Part shown: positions 9,534 to 19,653 of the stretch, one piece after another
Position numbering within the stretch: position 1 is the first letter of the stretch
How the letters are laid out: each line of letters opens with the position of its first letter
Made by a program: the position numbers and the translations under genes
The notes under the pieces: model-generated
Database searches by the model: none
The model's input: only the letters and a program-made list of their open reading frames with translations
What the model was told of the DNA's origin: nothing
Source of the DNA: Thermoanaerobaculia bacterium
Lineage (GTDB): Bacteria; Acidobacteriota; Thermoanaerobaculia; Multivoradales; Multivoraceae
Reading direction: 5' to 3'
Assembly (NCBI GenBank): GCA_963664405.1
Contig: OY761158.1
Coordinates: 5,920,001-5,984,000, forward strand
Length of the DNA stretch: 64,000 nt

Positions 9534-11663
9534 ATGAGATCGACCCTTGCGTGGTTCCTTTTGCTGGCACTGGTGTCCTGTTCGGAGGAGCCGCCTGCTG
9601 GCGAGGTCGAGCCCTTTGATATAGAGGACCGCGTGCGCCGAGCCACCAGAACTGTCGATGACGTGCGCGTTACGTCGGCGGCGGACGCAGAGCCCGGCAA
9701 CTGGCTCGCCCACGGCCGGACCTACGACGAGCAACGTTTCTCTCCTCTCGATCAGATCGATGACAGTAATGTCGATGACCTGGGCTTGGCTTGGTACTAC
9801 GACACCGGTAACGATCGCGGCCACGAGGCGAGTCCGATCGTCATAGACGGCATCATGTTTCTGACCGCTTCTTGGAGCGTGGTTCATGCTCTCGACGCTC
9901 GCAGCGGCGAGGCGATCTGGACGTATGACCCCCAGGTGCGCGGCGAGGTCGCTCGTTGGGCTTGCTGTGATGTCGTCAACCGAGGTGTGGCGGTGTGGAA
10001 GGGGAAGGTCTACGTCGGGGCCCTCGATGGCCGCTTGATCGCACTGGAGGCCCACACCGGCGAGCCGGTATGGGAGGTGCAGACCACAGACCCCGAGAAG
10101 CCCTACACCATCACCGGCGCGCCACGTGTAGTGAAAGACAGGGTTGTCATCGGCAATGGCGGCGCCGAATTCGGCGTTCGAGGCTACGTCACTGCCTACG
10201 ACGCCGAGAGCGGTGAGCGGGCGTGGCGCTTCTACACAGTGCCGGGAGACCCGGCCGAGCCTTTCGAGCACAAAGAGCTCGAACGTGCCGCCATCACTTG
10301 GAGCGGTGAGTGGTGGAAGGTCGGAGGCGGCGGCACCGCCTGGGACTCGATGGCTTACGACTCCGACTTGGATCTGCTCTATGTCGGTACCGGCAATGGC
10401 TCACCTTGGACTCGAGTGCACCGCAGTCCCGGCGGCGGCGACAACCTATACCTCTCTTCGATCCTCGCTCTCGAGCCCGACACCGGCAAACTGGTCTGGC
10501 ACTTTCAGACCACCCCAGGAGACAACTGGGACTACACCGCGACCCAGCACATCATACTCGCGGATCTCGAAATCGAGGGCCAGGTCCGTCAGGTGCTGAT
10601 GCAGGCGCCGAAGAACGGATTTTTCTATGTTCTCGATCGCGCTACCGGCGAGCTACTCTCGGCCGAGAACTACGTCAAGACGACTTGGGCGAGCCACGTC
10701 GACCTAGTGACCGGTCGACCGGCCGAGCTGCCGGAAGGAACCTACGACGAGGAGGCGCGGGTGGTATTTCCCGGGCCCACCGGCGGCCACAACTGGCATC
10801 CGATGTCCTACAGCCCGGACACCGGCCTGGTTTACATCCCCGCACGCGAGCAGTCCCTCACCTATTTGGCGCTGGCTGAGTTCAGCTACGACCCGAGGAC
10901 GTGGAACCTCGGTCTCGACGTACCTTCCCTTCTCGATCTCGAGCCCGACCCGGCGGCGCCGGTACCGGTCGGCAAACTACTGGCCTGGGATCCGGTGGCG
11001 CAGAGAGAGGTGTGGAGCCTCGACCAGCCGGGTGCGGTCAACGGAGGCACGCTGGCGACGGCAGGGAATCTCGTGTTCCAGGGCACCTCGGATGGCCTCT
11101 TCGTGGCCCACCGAGCTGACACCGGCGAGAATCTCTGGGAGGTGAGCACTCATGTCGGCATCATCGCTCCGCCGGTGAGCTATGCCATTGATGGCGAGCA
11201 GTACGTCGCGGTGCTCGCCGGCTGGGGCGGAAATGTGATCACCAGCGGAGACTCCGGCGTTCCCGCGGCATCTATGTACCAGAACCCGGGTCGTCTCTTT
11301 GTCTTCGCGCTGGACGCCAAGGCCGCAATGCCCGAGGTGCCGCAGCGAGATCTCGAGATTCCGGAGCCACCGGTTCTCACCGCATCGGACGAGACCCTCG
11401 AGGAGGGGAAACTGCTTTTCAATAGCTACTGCGGCTGGTGCCATGGCTTCATGGCTGTCGGCAGCGGAGTGGTCCGCGATCTTCGTTATTCGAGCGCCGC
11501 GGTGCATGACAGTTGGCAGGAGATCGTGCGCGGCGGCAGCCACCGTGGTGGCGGCATGGCGAGCTATCGTGATCTCCTCTCTGCCGAAGAAGCGGAGGCC
11601 ATTCGCGCCTATGTGGCTCATCGCGCCGGCCAGGACCGGCAACTGACCGCAACAACAGATTGA
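9534..11663 (+). CDS. PQQ-dependent quinohemoprotein alcohol dehydrogenase (type II), probable lipoprotein
   Basis: LALVSC lipobox-like motif, vicinal CCDVVNRG, Trp-docking repeats, WDYTAT, and a C-terminal cytochrome c CGWCH. Confidence 0.93.
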   Translation: MRSTLAWFLLLALVSCSEEPPAGEVEPFDIEDRVRRATRTVDDVRVTSAADAEPGNWLAHGRTYDEQRFSPLDQIDDSNVDDLGLAWYYDTGNDRGHEASPIVIDGIMFLTASWSVVHALDARSGEAIWTYDPQVRGEVARWACCDVVNRGVAVWKGKVYVGALDGRLIALEAHTGEPVWEVQTTDPEKPYTITGAPRVVKDRVVIGNGGAEFGVRGYVTAYDAESGERAWRFYTVPGDPAEPFEHKELERAAITWSGEWWKVGGGGTAWDSMAYDSDLDLLYVGTGNGSPWTRVHRSPGGGDNLYLSSILALEPDTGKLVWHFQTTPGDNWDYTATQHIILADLEIEGQVRQVLMQAPKNGFFYVLDRATGELLSAENYVKTTWASHVDLVTGRPAELPEGTYDEEARVVFPGPTGGHNWHPMSYSPDTGLVYIPAREQSLTYLALAEFSYDPRTWNLGLDVPSLLDLEPDPAAPVPVGKLLAWDPVAQREVWSLDQPGAVNGGTLATAGNLVFQGTSDGLFVAHRADTGENLWEVSTHVGIIAPPVSYAIDGEQYVAVLAGWGGNVITSGDSGVPAASMYQNPGRLFVFALDAKAAMPEVPQRDLEIPEPPVLTASDETLEEGKLLFNSYCGWCHGFMAVGSGVVRDLRYSSAAVHDSWQEIVRGGSHRGGGMASYRDLLSAEEAEAIRAYVAHRAGQDRQLTATTD

Positions 11664-11679
11664 GTCCGACTCGAGGGGG

Positions 11680-12624
11680 ATGATGACGACATACAAGAAA
11701 GGCGTGCATGATCTCGGCAACGGTTTGTGGGCCTACCTACAACCGGACGGAGGCTGGGGGTGGTCGAACGCGGGGTTGGTGGTCGATGGTGATCAGTCCC
11801 TTCTCGTCGACACCCTCTTCGATCTCGAATTGACTGGGGAGATGCTCGCGGCGATGCGCGACCTAACGCCGGCCGCGGCGTCGATCGACACTCTGGTGAA
11901 CACTCATTCCAATGGTGACCACACCTTCGGCAATGAGCTGGTCTCGGGGGCTCGTATCGTTGCTTCTCAGGCGTGCGCCGAAGAGATGGCCGCCGGCGGG
12001 CCCGACCGCCTGCTCCAGCTCCAGCAGCAGTCGTCCGAGATGGGAGAGGTCGGGGACTATCTGCAGCGGATCTTTGGACACTTCAATTTTGCCGGCGTAC
12101 ATCTGACGCCTCCGACCGAGACCTTCTCAAAAGAGGCCACTCTCGAAGTCGGGGACAAAGAGGTTAGGCTTATCGAGGTTGGCCCTGCCCATACGCGAGG
12201 GGACATTCTCGTACACTTGCCCGAGGAGCGGACGGTGTTTACCGGCGACATCCTGTTCATCGAGGGGCATCCGATCATTTGGGCCGGGCCGGTTGAGAAC
12301 TGGCTGCGTGCCTGCGATCGTATAGTCGAGATGGATGTCGACTCGATCGTGCCTGGGCATGGTCCTCTAACCGACAAGGACGGTGTGAGGGCTCTGCGTG
12401 GGTACTTCGAGTACATCGCCCGCGAGGCCCGCAAGCGCTACGATGCCGGGCTCTCGGCGAGTGAGGCTGCCAACGACATCGCCCTCGACGACTACAGCTC
12501 CTGGGGCGACGCCGAGCGCATCGTCATCAACGTGCACTCGCTTTATCGCGAGTTCTCCGGTGATCCGACTCCTACCAGCCAGGCCGTCCTCTTCGCCGAG
12601 ATGGCCAAATTGGCAAAGCCCTGA
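11680..12624 (+). CDS. MBL-fold metallo-hydrolase (cyclase-like)
   Basis: THSNGDH, AHTRGD, FTGDILF and PGHG motifs. Confidence 0.88.
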   Translation: MMTTYKKGVHDLGNGLWAYLQPDGGWGWSNAGLVVDGDQSLLVDTLFDLELTGEMLAAMRDLTPAAASIDTLVNTHSNGDHTFGNELVSGARIVASQACAEEMAAGGPDRLLQLQQQSSEMGEVGDYLQRIFGHFNFAGVHLTPPTETFSKEATLEVGDKEVRLIEVGPAHTRGDILVHLPEERTVFTGDILFIEGHPIIWAGPVENWLRACDRIVEMDVDSIVPGHGPLTDKDGVRALRGYFEYIAREARKRYDAGLSASEAANDIALDDYSSWGDAERIVINVHSLYREFSGDPTPTSQAVLFAEMAKLAKP

Positions 12625-12697
12625 TCTCGCGCCCACTCGGTCACCTCGGTGACTCCGAGCAGCGATCCTCCGCTTCGCTAGAATTTCAGTCGAGCTG

Positions 12698-14065
12698 ATG
12701 AAGAAACTCGTAGTCGTTGGTGGGGGGATCTCTGGTCTTGCGGCGGCACGCGCCGCTGCCGATGCGGCCGGTCCCGGAGCGTTGGACATCCAGGTGCTGG
12801 AAAAGGAGGGCAGGGTAGGCGGCAAGGCGAGAACCGTGTCGCGGGACGGCTGGGTAGTCGAGTGCGGGGTCAATGGATACCTCGCCCCTGATCCATCGCT
12901 CGAGCGACTGGTTCGGAGCGCGGGGCTCGAGACGTCGACAATCGCGGCCGACGCCGCCGCGGCCAAGCGTTTCGTGGTTCGGGGCGGTACCCTGCGCCAG
13001 GTCGCGGCTCATCCTCTGCGCTTTGCGAGGGCTGGAATCCTAGGGCCGGGGGGTCTCCTTCGTATCCTGGCCGAGCCATTCATCCCCGCAAGCAAAGATT
13101 CGGAGGCCGAGAGCGTCTGGCACTTCGCACGGCGCAGGTTGGGTCGACAAGCCGCCGATAGGCTGGTGTCGCCGATGGTCCTTGGCGTCTTTGCCGGCGA
13201 TGCCAAGCGCTTGTCGGTCGAAGCCGCCTTTCCGCGACTGGTCGAGCTGGAGCAGCGGCATGGCTCTCTGGCGCGAGGGATGATGGCCCTTCGCCGCAAG
13301 AGAGGTGGTGGAGGGCCGGCGGGTCCGGGTGGCGAGCTCACCTCCTTCGCCGCCGGGATGGCTACTCTGCCCGAGGCGCTTGCCCACGGCCCCTATGAGG
13401 TGCGCAAGCGAGCGGGTGTCGAAGCCCTTCACTCGAGAGAGGAGGGAGGCTTCCGCTTGAGCGTAGAGGGTGAGCAGATCGAGGCCGATGCCGTGATCCT
13501 GGCCTGCGAAGCTTGGGTGTCGGCGGGCCTGCTGGCTTCTGTCGCTCCGGTAGCTGCCGCCAGTCTGGGCGAGATCACCTACCCCCCGGTGGCGGTGGTG
13601 GCTCTGGGCTACGGGGAGCAAGCGGTCTCCCAGCTGCCGCGTGGCTTCGGCGTTCTCATTCCTCGTGGCGAGGGGTACCGAAGTCTGGGCTTCCTCTGGG
13701 ACAGTTTCATCTTTTCGGGTCGCAGCGCCGACGGCACTCTGCTGTTGAGAGCCATGCTTGGCGGCGCCGTGGATCCGGCGGTGGCAGGCGAGGACGAAGA
13801 AGGGCTACTCGCCATCGTCGAGAGCGAGGTTCAGCGCCTCTTTGGCATCTCGACGACGCCTCTCTTCAAGCATGTCCACCGCTGGGAGCGGGCGATACCG
13901 CAGTATGAGCTCGGGCACTTGGAGCTCGCGCGCATCGTCGAGCGCGAGCTGGCGGGTATCCCCGGCCTCTTTCTCGCAGGGAATGCGTTGCACGGTATTG
14001 CCTTTGCGAAGGCTGCCGCCGCGGGCCTAAAGGCGGGTGAGGCGGCGGCTCAGCTGCTGGCTTAG
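12698..14065 (+). CDS. hemY: HemY-type proto/coproporphyrinogen oxidase
   Basis: GGGISGLAAA FAD motif, ESV..FARRRLG, GVFAGDA..LS...AFP and RWERAIPQY. Confidence 0.9.
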   Translation: MKKLVVVGGGISGLAAARAAADAAGPGALDIQVLEKEGRVGGKARTVSRDGWVVECGVNGYLAPDPSLERLVRSAGLETSTIAADAAAAKRFVVRGGTLRQVAAHPLRFARAGILGPGGLLRILAEPFIPASKDSEAESVWHFARRRLGRQAADRLVSPMVLGVFAGDAKRLSVEAAFPRLVELEQRHGSLARGMMALRRKRGGGGPAGPGGELTSFAAGMATLPEALAHGPYEVRKRAGVEALHSREEGGFRLSVEGEQIEADAVILACEAWVSAGLLASVAPVAAASLGEITYPPVAVVALGYGEQAVSQLPRGFGVLIPRGEGYRSLGFLWDSFIFSGRSADGTLLLRAMLGGAVDPAVAGEDEEGLLAIVESEVQRLFGISTTPLFKHVHRWERAIPQYELGHLELARIVERELAGIPGLFLAGNALHGIAFAKAAAAGLKAGEAAAQLLA

Positions 14066-14484
14066 GAAGTAGCGCTCTCGTCTGTGGCGCGGATTACCTT
14101 CACCGCCTCCGTAGCCAGGGTGTTGACCAGGATTCCTTCGGTGTTGGCTTGCGGATCCGCAGGGTAGAGCCAGAAATGGGTCCGGTCAGGGGAGTATCCT
14201 TTGGAGAGGCCGATAATGGTCTCTCCGTCACGAAATCTGACGCTGAGCTTGGTATCCAGATCGCCGACTTCCTCGTCGTAGGACTCCTGATAGCTGGGAT
14301 CTCCCTGGTAGCTCTTGACGAAGAACACCCCCTTGAGCTCGGCAATCTCGACGGCGACACTTTCGTTGGTCACGAGCTCCTTGAGGTGGAAGGTCTCGCC
14401 GCCGGAGAAGGGATCCTCGCTGATCCCCTTGAGCAACCTACCGTCGAGGAAGTGGACGACGATCTTTGCGCTGATCTCGGTCAT
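14062..14484 (-). CDS. Conserved hypothetical protein (DUF6982-like)
   Basis: Duplicated VxFxDGxxLxG motif, LKGVFFVK and F.LYPADP..N; overlaps the upstream stop (ATGA). Confidence 0.65.
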   Translation of the reverse strand: MTEISAKIVVHFLDGRLLKGISEDPFSGGETFHLKELVTNESVAVEIAELKGVFFVKSYQGDPSYQESYDEEVGDLDTKLSVRFRDGETIIGLSKGYSPDRTHFWLYPADPQANTEGILVNTLATEAVKVIRATDESATS

Positions 14485-15878
14485 TCTCGGGTCGAGGCGG
14501 CCTCCAACACTCTACCTGGGTTGAGGATCCACTTGGGGTCTAAGGTCTGCTTCAATGAGCGCATCAATGAGATCTCGGCCTCAGTGCGGCTCAAAGGGAG
14601 ATAGGGACGCTTTTCGGTGCCGATGCCGTGCTCTGCCGACACCGATCCACCACACTCTTGGAGCGGACCGTAGACGAAACTCGACACCTTGCGATGGCTC
14701 TCCCCATCGCCACTGCCGACGCCGACGACGATATGCAGATTACCGTCGCCGAGATGCCCGAAGATGACGACCTTCGGCTCAGGCCAGTTTTCGGCCAATC
14801 CGCTGCGAACCTTTTCGAGGTAGGACGGCATGTCGGGGATCCCGAGACTGATGTCGTAGGTGAAAATGGGACCCAAGCGGCTCATCTGCTCCACATCGTC
14901 GCGCATCGCCCACAAACGGTCGCGCTCGCTGCGGGAAGTCGCAAGCACCGCGTCGGCGATGAGATCGTTCTCCATGCATTCTCCGAGAACACTCTCGAAG
15001 CGCTCGCTGTCGTTTTTCTGGTCCGAGCCCAGAGCCTCGACGAGCACATAGAAAGGATAGCCGTAGGTGAGAGGCGGGCGGTTGAGGGCCGGCTCGGTGG
15101 TTACCAGCTCGTAGAATTCCTTCCACATCACTTCGAATGCGCTGAGGTCGCCCCCGAGGCTGACTTCTACCGCCGCCAAGAGCGCGGTGAGCTTGTCGAA
15201 GTCGGTGACGCCGAGGAGCGCCGCGTTATGGCTACGGGGCTGGGGGCGGAGGCGCAACACGGCCCGCGTGACGATGCCGAGGGTGCCCTCTGAGCCGATG
15301 AAGAGGTGCTTGAGATCGTAGCCGGCGTTGTTCTTGATCATCTTGTTCATCGATGAGAGCACCGTGCCATCGGCGAGCACTGCCTCGATGCCGAGCACCA
15401 TGTCGCGGGTCATGCCGTAGCGAATGACTCTGTTGCCACCGGCGTTGGTGGAGATATTTCCACCGATGGTGCAGGAGCCTCGAGCGCCGAGATCGAGTGG
15501 GAAGAGCAGACCGTGCTCGTCGGCCGCCTCCTGGACCGCTTGAAGTGGGACTCCGGCCTCGACGGTCATGGTTCGGGTCGCCGGCTCGACGCTCTCGATC
15601 TTGGTCATCCGCTCGAGTGAAATGGCGATCTCGGTCGGCGCCGGAATCGTTCCTCGAACCAGGCCGGTAAGGCCGCCCTGCGGAACGACCGGCTGGCCGG
15701 CTTCGTTGCAGAGACGCAGAAGAGTCGACACTTCCTGCGTACTCGCCGGCCGCACGACGGCCATCGCTTCGCAGGGGCCCGAAACGAGCCACCCGAGTGC
15801 ACGGCTGCGAACATCTTCGCCTTGGAGGACTGCATCCGCTCCGAATTCTTCGATCATCTTGTTGACCAGCTCGCTCAT
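14481..15878 (-). CDS. FAD-linked oxidase (D-2-hydroxyacid/D-lactate dehydrogenase family)
   Basis: PQGGLTGL, IGGNISTNAGG, GYDLKHLFIGSEGTLG, GHLGDGNLH and SAEHGIG motifs. Confidence 0.92.
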   Translation of the reverse strand: MSELVNKMIEEFGADAVLQGEDVRSRALGWLVSGPCEAMAVVRPASTQEVSTLLRLCNEAGQPVVPQGGLTGLVRGTIPAPTEIAISLERMTKIESVEPATRTMTVEAGVPLQAVQEAADEHGLLFPLDLGARGSCTIGGNISTNAGGNRVIRYGMTRDMVLGIEAVLADGTVLSSMNKMIKNNAGYDLKHLFIGSEGTLGIVTRAVLRLRPQPRSHNAALLGVTDFDKLTALLAAVEVSLGGDLSAFEVMWKEFYELVTTEPALNRPPLTYGYPFYVLVEALGSDQKNDSERFESVLGECMENDLIADAVLATSRSERDRLWAMRDDVEQMSRLGPIFTYDISLGIPDMPSYLEKVRSGLAENWPEPKVVIFGHLGDGNLHIVVGVGSGDGESHRKVSSFVYGPLQECGGSVSAEHGIGTEKRPYLPLSRTEAEISLMRSLKQTLDPKWILNPGRVLEAASTRE

Positions 15879-15963
15879 CGTTCGTGCCTCCCTTGACGAG
15901 TTGGCATTGTAGCCGGATCATGCCCCCTTTCGTTGGACATGGAGGCGTGGAAGGAAAGAGACG

Positions 15964-16110
15964 ATGCAGACCAGGTGGGCGCCTCTGACGGTTGTCAGCC
16001 TGCTGAGCGGGCTCCTCGCTGTGGCCCCCTCGTGATGGCTCAGGGCGCGTCTGAAGCGAAAGAGCCGGCCCCGTTCCCGCCACAGCCGAGGCTGAGGAAG
16101 AGAGAGAGTG
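15964..16110 (+). pseudogene. Orphan signal-peptide remnant (frameshifted, truncated secreted-protein gene)
   Basis: Purine-rich RBS, then MQTRWAPLTVVSLLSGLLAVAP, a frameshift in a C-run, then VMAQGASEAKEP. No mature domain follows. Confidence 0.4.
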
Positions 16111-16134
16111 AGACGGGGGCAGCGCGCCGCGCCG

Positions 16135-17706
16135 TCATGGTTTGTGGAAGACGAGATCTCCTTCGCCTTCGCGGGCCTCGGTCGCCATCCGCCGCAGCTC
16201 ACGACGCAGCAGCTTGTTGCCGGCACTGAGGGGCAGCTGATCCACAAAGACGTAGCCACGCGGCCGTTTGAAGTTGGCGAGCGAGCTCTCCCTGCAGTGA
16301 TGATCGAGATCCGCTGCTGCAAGAGAATCGGTTGCGGGTACCACGCAGGCGACCGCGATCTGGCCCCAGTGAGAGTCCGGAATGCCTACCAGCGCCACAT
16401 CGTTCACGCTGTCGTGGGTGCGCAGGAGGGTCTCGACCTCTTCTGGCTGGACGTACTCACCACCCGACCGAAGCATGTCGTCGACGCGGCCGAGCAGACG
16501 GATGCTGCCGTCCTCCGATTGCACTGCGCCGTCTCCGGTCCGGTACCAGCCTTCGCGGATCTTGTCCGCCGTCTCCTCGGGGCGCGACAGGTAGCCGGAG
16601 AAAATCGGGTCCTGTGTGGCGTCTACCAATAGCTCACCTTCTTCGCCGGCGCTGACCTCTTTCGCGAAGTCATCGAGGTCGGCGATGCGAACTCGAGAGC
16701 CATAGGCCTGCCACAGCACTTCGGGCTGTCCAAGCGGCGAGTTGTTGCATAGAGCGCACATCGTTTCGGTGGTGCCGTAGATGTGCCCGAAAGTCGCCTT
16801 CGGCATATCCGCGGCGAGCCGCTCGAGGAGCGCGGGCGCGATTGGCGCCCCGCCCCAATAGACAGTTTCGACCGAGGCCAGCCGCTCGGCGTCGTAGCCG
16901 GGAGTGTGGACGAGTGCGTTGAAAACCGTGGGCAGGCTGAACAGGTAGTTGAGGCGATGGCTCTCGACCAGAGCCAGGGCCGCTTCCGGGTCGAATGCGC
17001 TCAGGGTGTAGAAGGTGCCGTTGAAGGCCAGGGTGGAGAGGAAGATGCCGTGGAAACCGATCGCGTGCGAGAGCGGCGAGACTCCTAGAGCCCGGATATG
17101 GGTGCCGGAGCGAAAGCCCATCATCGTCGACAGCCAGGCCACCCTTGGCTCATGGGCTCGATGCACGACCACGACTCCCTTCGGTAGCCCTGAGGTCCCC
17201 GAGGTGTAGAAGATGACCGACGCGGCTTCCGCCTCGGGATCGGGGTAGGGGGGCGCGCTTGCCGCGTCGCCGCGGCAGAGCGAGAGCGACTCGACTCCGG
17301 CTACACCGTCGCCGGCGGTCAGCAGAAGGCCGGTCGCCGGAAGGGCCTCTTGCACTCTTGTCGCGAGATCGGGGTCTGGAAGCACAAGCGCCCCGGAGAT
17401 CTCGCCCTGGCGCAAGAGGGCGCAGATCTCGTCCGCGGTGAGGCGAAAATTGAGCAGTGCCGGTACCGCGCCGAGGCGGTGCAAGGCGAGGATGGCAAGG
17501 CAGTGATCGAAGAGATTCGGCAGCGCGGTGGCGAATCGATCGCCGGGGCGGACGCCGCGTTCCGCCAAGCCGGCGGCGAGTGAGTCGATCTCGGTCAAGA
17601 GATCGCGATAGTTGAGGGCTCGATCGCTGCGGTCGTCGACGAGCGCTAAATGCTCAGGCGTTCGCTGCGCCGCCATCCATACCAGGTCATAGGCACTCTT
17701 GGTCAT
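16135..17706 (-). CDS. Aryl-CoA ligase, 4-chlorobenzoate-CoA ligase (FcbA)-like
   Basis: AILALHRLGAVPALLN.RL, IFYTSGTSGLPK, IYGTTE, GWYRTGD and ANFKRPR.Y, resembling from memory the 4-CBA-CoA ligase subfamily. Confidence 0.85.
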   Translation of the reverse strand: MTKSAYDLVWMAAQRTPEHLALVDDRSDRALNYRDLLTEIDSLAAGLAERGVRPGDRFATALPNLFDHCLAILALHRLGAVPALLNFRLTADEICALLRQGEISGALVLPDPDLATRVQEALPATGLLLTAGDGVAGVESLSLCRGDAASAPPYPDPEAEAASVIFYTSGTSGLPKGVVVVHRAHEPRVAWLSTMMGFRSGTHIRALGVSPLSHAIGFHGIFLSTLAFNGTFYTLSAFDPEAALALVESHRLNYLFSLPTVFNALVHTPGYDAERLASVETVYWGGAPIAPALLERLAADMPKATFGHIYGTTETMCALCNNSPLGQPEVLWQAYGSRVRIADLDDFAKEVSAGEEGELLVDATQDPIFSGYLSRPEETADKIREGWYRTGDGAVQSEDGSIRLLGRVDDMLRSGGEYVQPEEVETLLRTHDSVNDVALVGIPDSHWGQIAVACVVPATDSLAAADLDHHCRESSLANFKRPRGYVFVDQLPLSAGNKLLRRELRRMATEAREGEGDLVFHKP

Positions 17707-17787
17707 AGATCAACTGTAGTCGGCCTGGAGAGTCTCGACAAGACTGGTATCGGCGACAGGCTGCTATAGACTAGCGAGGAGGTCACA

Positions 17788-19632
17788 TTGATGATGCGAG
17801 GGCTCAAGCACGGCGCGGTGTTGGTGGCGTTGATGATGTCGCTCTTGGCAACGATCCCCATCCGGGCTCAGCAAGACGAAGATCTTCCGGTCTTTTACGA
17901 GGTCGAGGAGGTTCGCATCATCAATGTGGATGTGGTCGTGAGGGACCGCAAGGGCGAGCTGGTGCGGGGCCTGGGCCGTGACGATTTCCAGATCTTCGAG
18001 AACGGTGAGCCGGTCGACGTCTCCAACTTCTTTGCTGTCGAGGGAGGGAACGTCCTGATGCCTTCTCTCTCGGGCGAAGACGGGGCGGAGGCAGTCGAGC
18101 TGGTCTCCGCCGCCGAGTTCGCGCCGGTCAGCGTCATCTTCTACATCGACGACATCAATATCGGCCCGACCAATCGCAAGCGGGCGCTGAAGGAGCTGCG
18201 CACCTTTCTCGAGAATGAGTGGCGTTCCGGCATGCAGGGAATGATGGTGTCGACCGACAAGACCCTCGAGATGCAGCAGGCATTCACCTCGTCCGGCGCG
18301 GAGCTTCTTCGTGCCCTGGACGATCTCGAGGCGAAGAAGGTCAGTGGGTCTCGCTTCGAGCGCGAGCGCCTCCGACTGCTGCGGGAAATAGGAAGGTTGG
18401 ACGAGGAGGCTCACGACGGTCTGGCTCTCGCCTCCCTGGCGGGTACGGGGGCGGAATCGGCGGACGATGAGGCCGGAGGGGCCGGAGCCGTATTCGGGGC
18501 CGGTTCGGCGGACATCACCGTTGGGCTGGAGATGCTGGCAAGGTCTCTGCTGCGAGAGATCGAGACTTACTCGAGGTATCGCTACCAGCTCGCCTTGGGG
18601 ACCGTGGAGATGCTGCGGCTGTTTACCGATTCGGTGGCGGGGATTCCGGGTCGAAAGATCATCCTCTACGCCAGCGACGGCCTGCCTATGGCCGCGGGGG
18701 AGGTTGTCTACGAAGCCTACGGTCGCTTTGCCGAGGTGCTCCCCAATGGGCCATCGAACCTGGCGATGGCCGTTGAAGGGGGCCGCTTTGACGCTTCGGC
18801 CGAGATCGCCGAGTTGGCGGAGCACGCCGCTTCCGGCCGGGTGACCTTCTACCCGCTGGACTCTTCCCGTCGTGAGACATTGCAGCAGGGCTCGGCGGAG
18901 GTGAAGGGACGCGCGAGCGGCACTTTCGGCAAGTGGGACGAGGGTATTACCGCTGGCCAAACACGAAACGACCAGGATTCACTTCGGCTGATGGCAAGCG
19001 TGACCGGGGGTCGTGCGGCGCTCAATCCTTCGACTCTGGATGACGAGTTGAGCAAGATGATGTCGGACCTCGAGAACTACTACGCATTAGGCTACTCGGC
19101 CGAGGAGGAAGCGGGCGAGGGGGGGCGTGAGATCGAGGTCAAGATGAGAGACCGGAAGCTTCGCGTCACTCATCGCAAACGCGTCCACGACAAGAGTGCT
19201 GACGAGCGGATGGCGGAGAGGCTGCTTGCAGGGCTCTTTCTTGGCGAGGCCACGGATAATCCTCTGGGTGTGGCTCTCGAGGTGGAAGAGCAGGTAAGGC
19301 AGGACGACGGCACCTTCCTGGTTCCGGTGGTTGCCAAGATTCCCGTCGACAATCTGGTGCTCCTGCCGCAGGCTTCCATGCACGAAGCCAGGCTGAGCAT
19401 TCATATTGCGGTGCGGGACGAGCAGGGAAGCACTTCGCGGGTGGTCAAGCACCTCTGTCCGGTGAGCATTCCAAATTCGGAGCTGCTGGTCGCCCTCGGG
19501 CGCCAAGCCCACTGTGGTATTCGCCTGATCATGAATAAGGGGCAGCAGACGGTCGCGGTGGGAATTCGCGACGATCTCGCTCTACTCAACTCGAACGCGC
19601 AGCTGACAGTGGAGGTCGGCGGCGCCGGCTGA
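17788..19632 (+). CDS. Secreted acidobacterial VWA-domain protein
   Basis: Signal peptide; INVDVVVRDRKG..V.GL..DDF.IFENG, GRK.ILYASDG, MA.VTGGRA and YYALGY motifs. Confidence 0.88.
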   Translation: MMMRGLKHGAVLVALMMSLLATIPIRAQQDEDLPVFYEVEEVRIINVDVVVRDRKGELVRGLGRDDFQIFENGEPVDVSNFFAVEGGNVLMPSLSGEDGAEAVELVSAAEFAPVSVIFYIDDINIGPTNRKRALKELRTFLENEWRSGMQGMMVSTDKTLEMQQAFTSSGAELLRALDDLEAKKVSGSRFERERLRLLREIGRLDEEAHDGLALASLAGTGAESADDEAGGAGAVFGAGSADITVGLEMLARSLLREIETYSRYRYQLALGTVEMLRLFTDSVAGIPGRKIILYASDGLPMAAGEVVYEAYGRFAEVLPNGPSNLAMAVEGGRFDASAEIAELAEHAASGRVTFYPLDSSRRETLQQGSAEVKGRASGTFGKWDEGITAGQTRNDQDSLRLMASVTGGRAALNPSTLDDELSKMMSDLENYYALGYSAEEEAGEGGREIEVKMRDRKLRVTHRKRVHDKSADERMAERLLAGLFLGEATDNPLGVALEVEEQVRQDDGTFLVPVVAKIPVDNLVLLPQASMHEARLSIHIAVRDEQGSTSRVVKHLCPVSIPNSELLVALGRQAHCGIRLIMNKGQQTVAVGIRDDLALLNSNAQLTVEVGGAG

Positions 19633-19653
19633 GTCGGTGCCCTCTGAATCTTC

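Noticed and set aside
9534-11663. Lanthanide-dependent PQQ dehydrogenase
   Set aside because: The active-site motif is WDYT, lacking the additional Asp (D-x-D) diagnostic of XoxF/ExaF/PedH.
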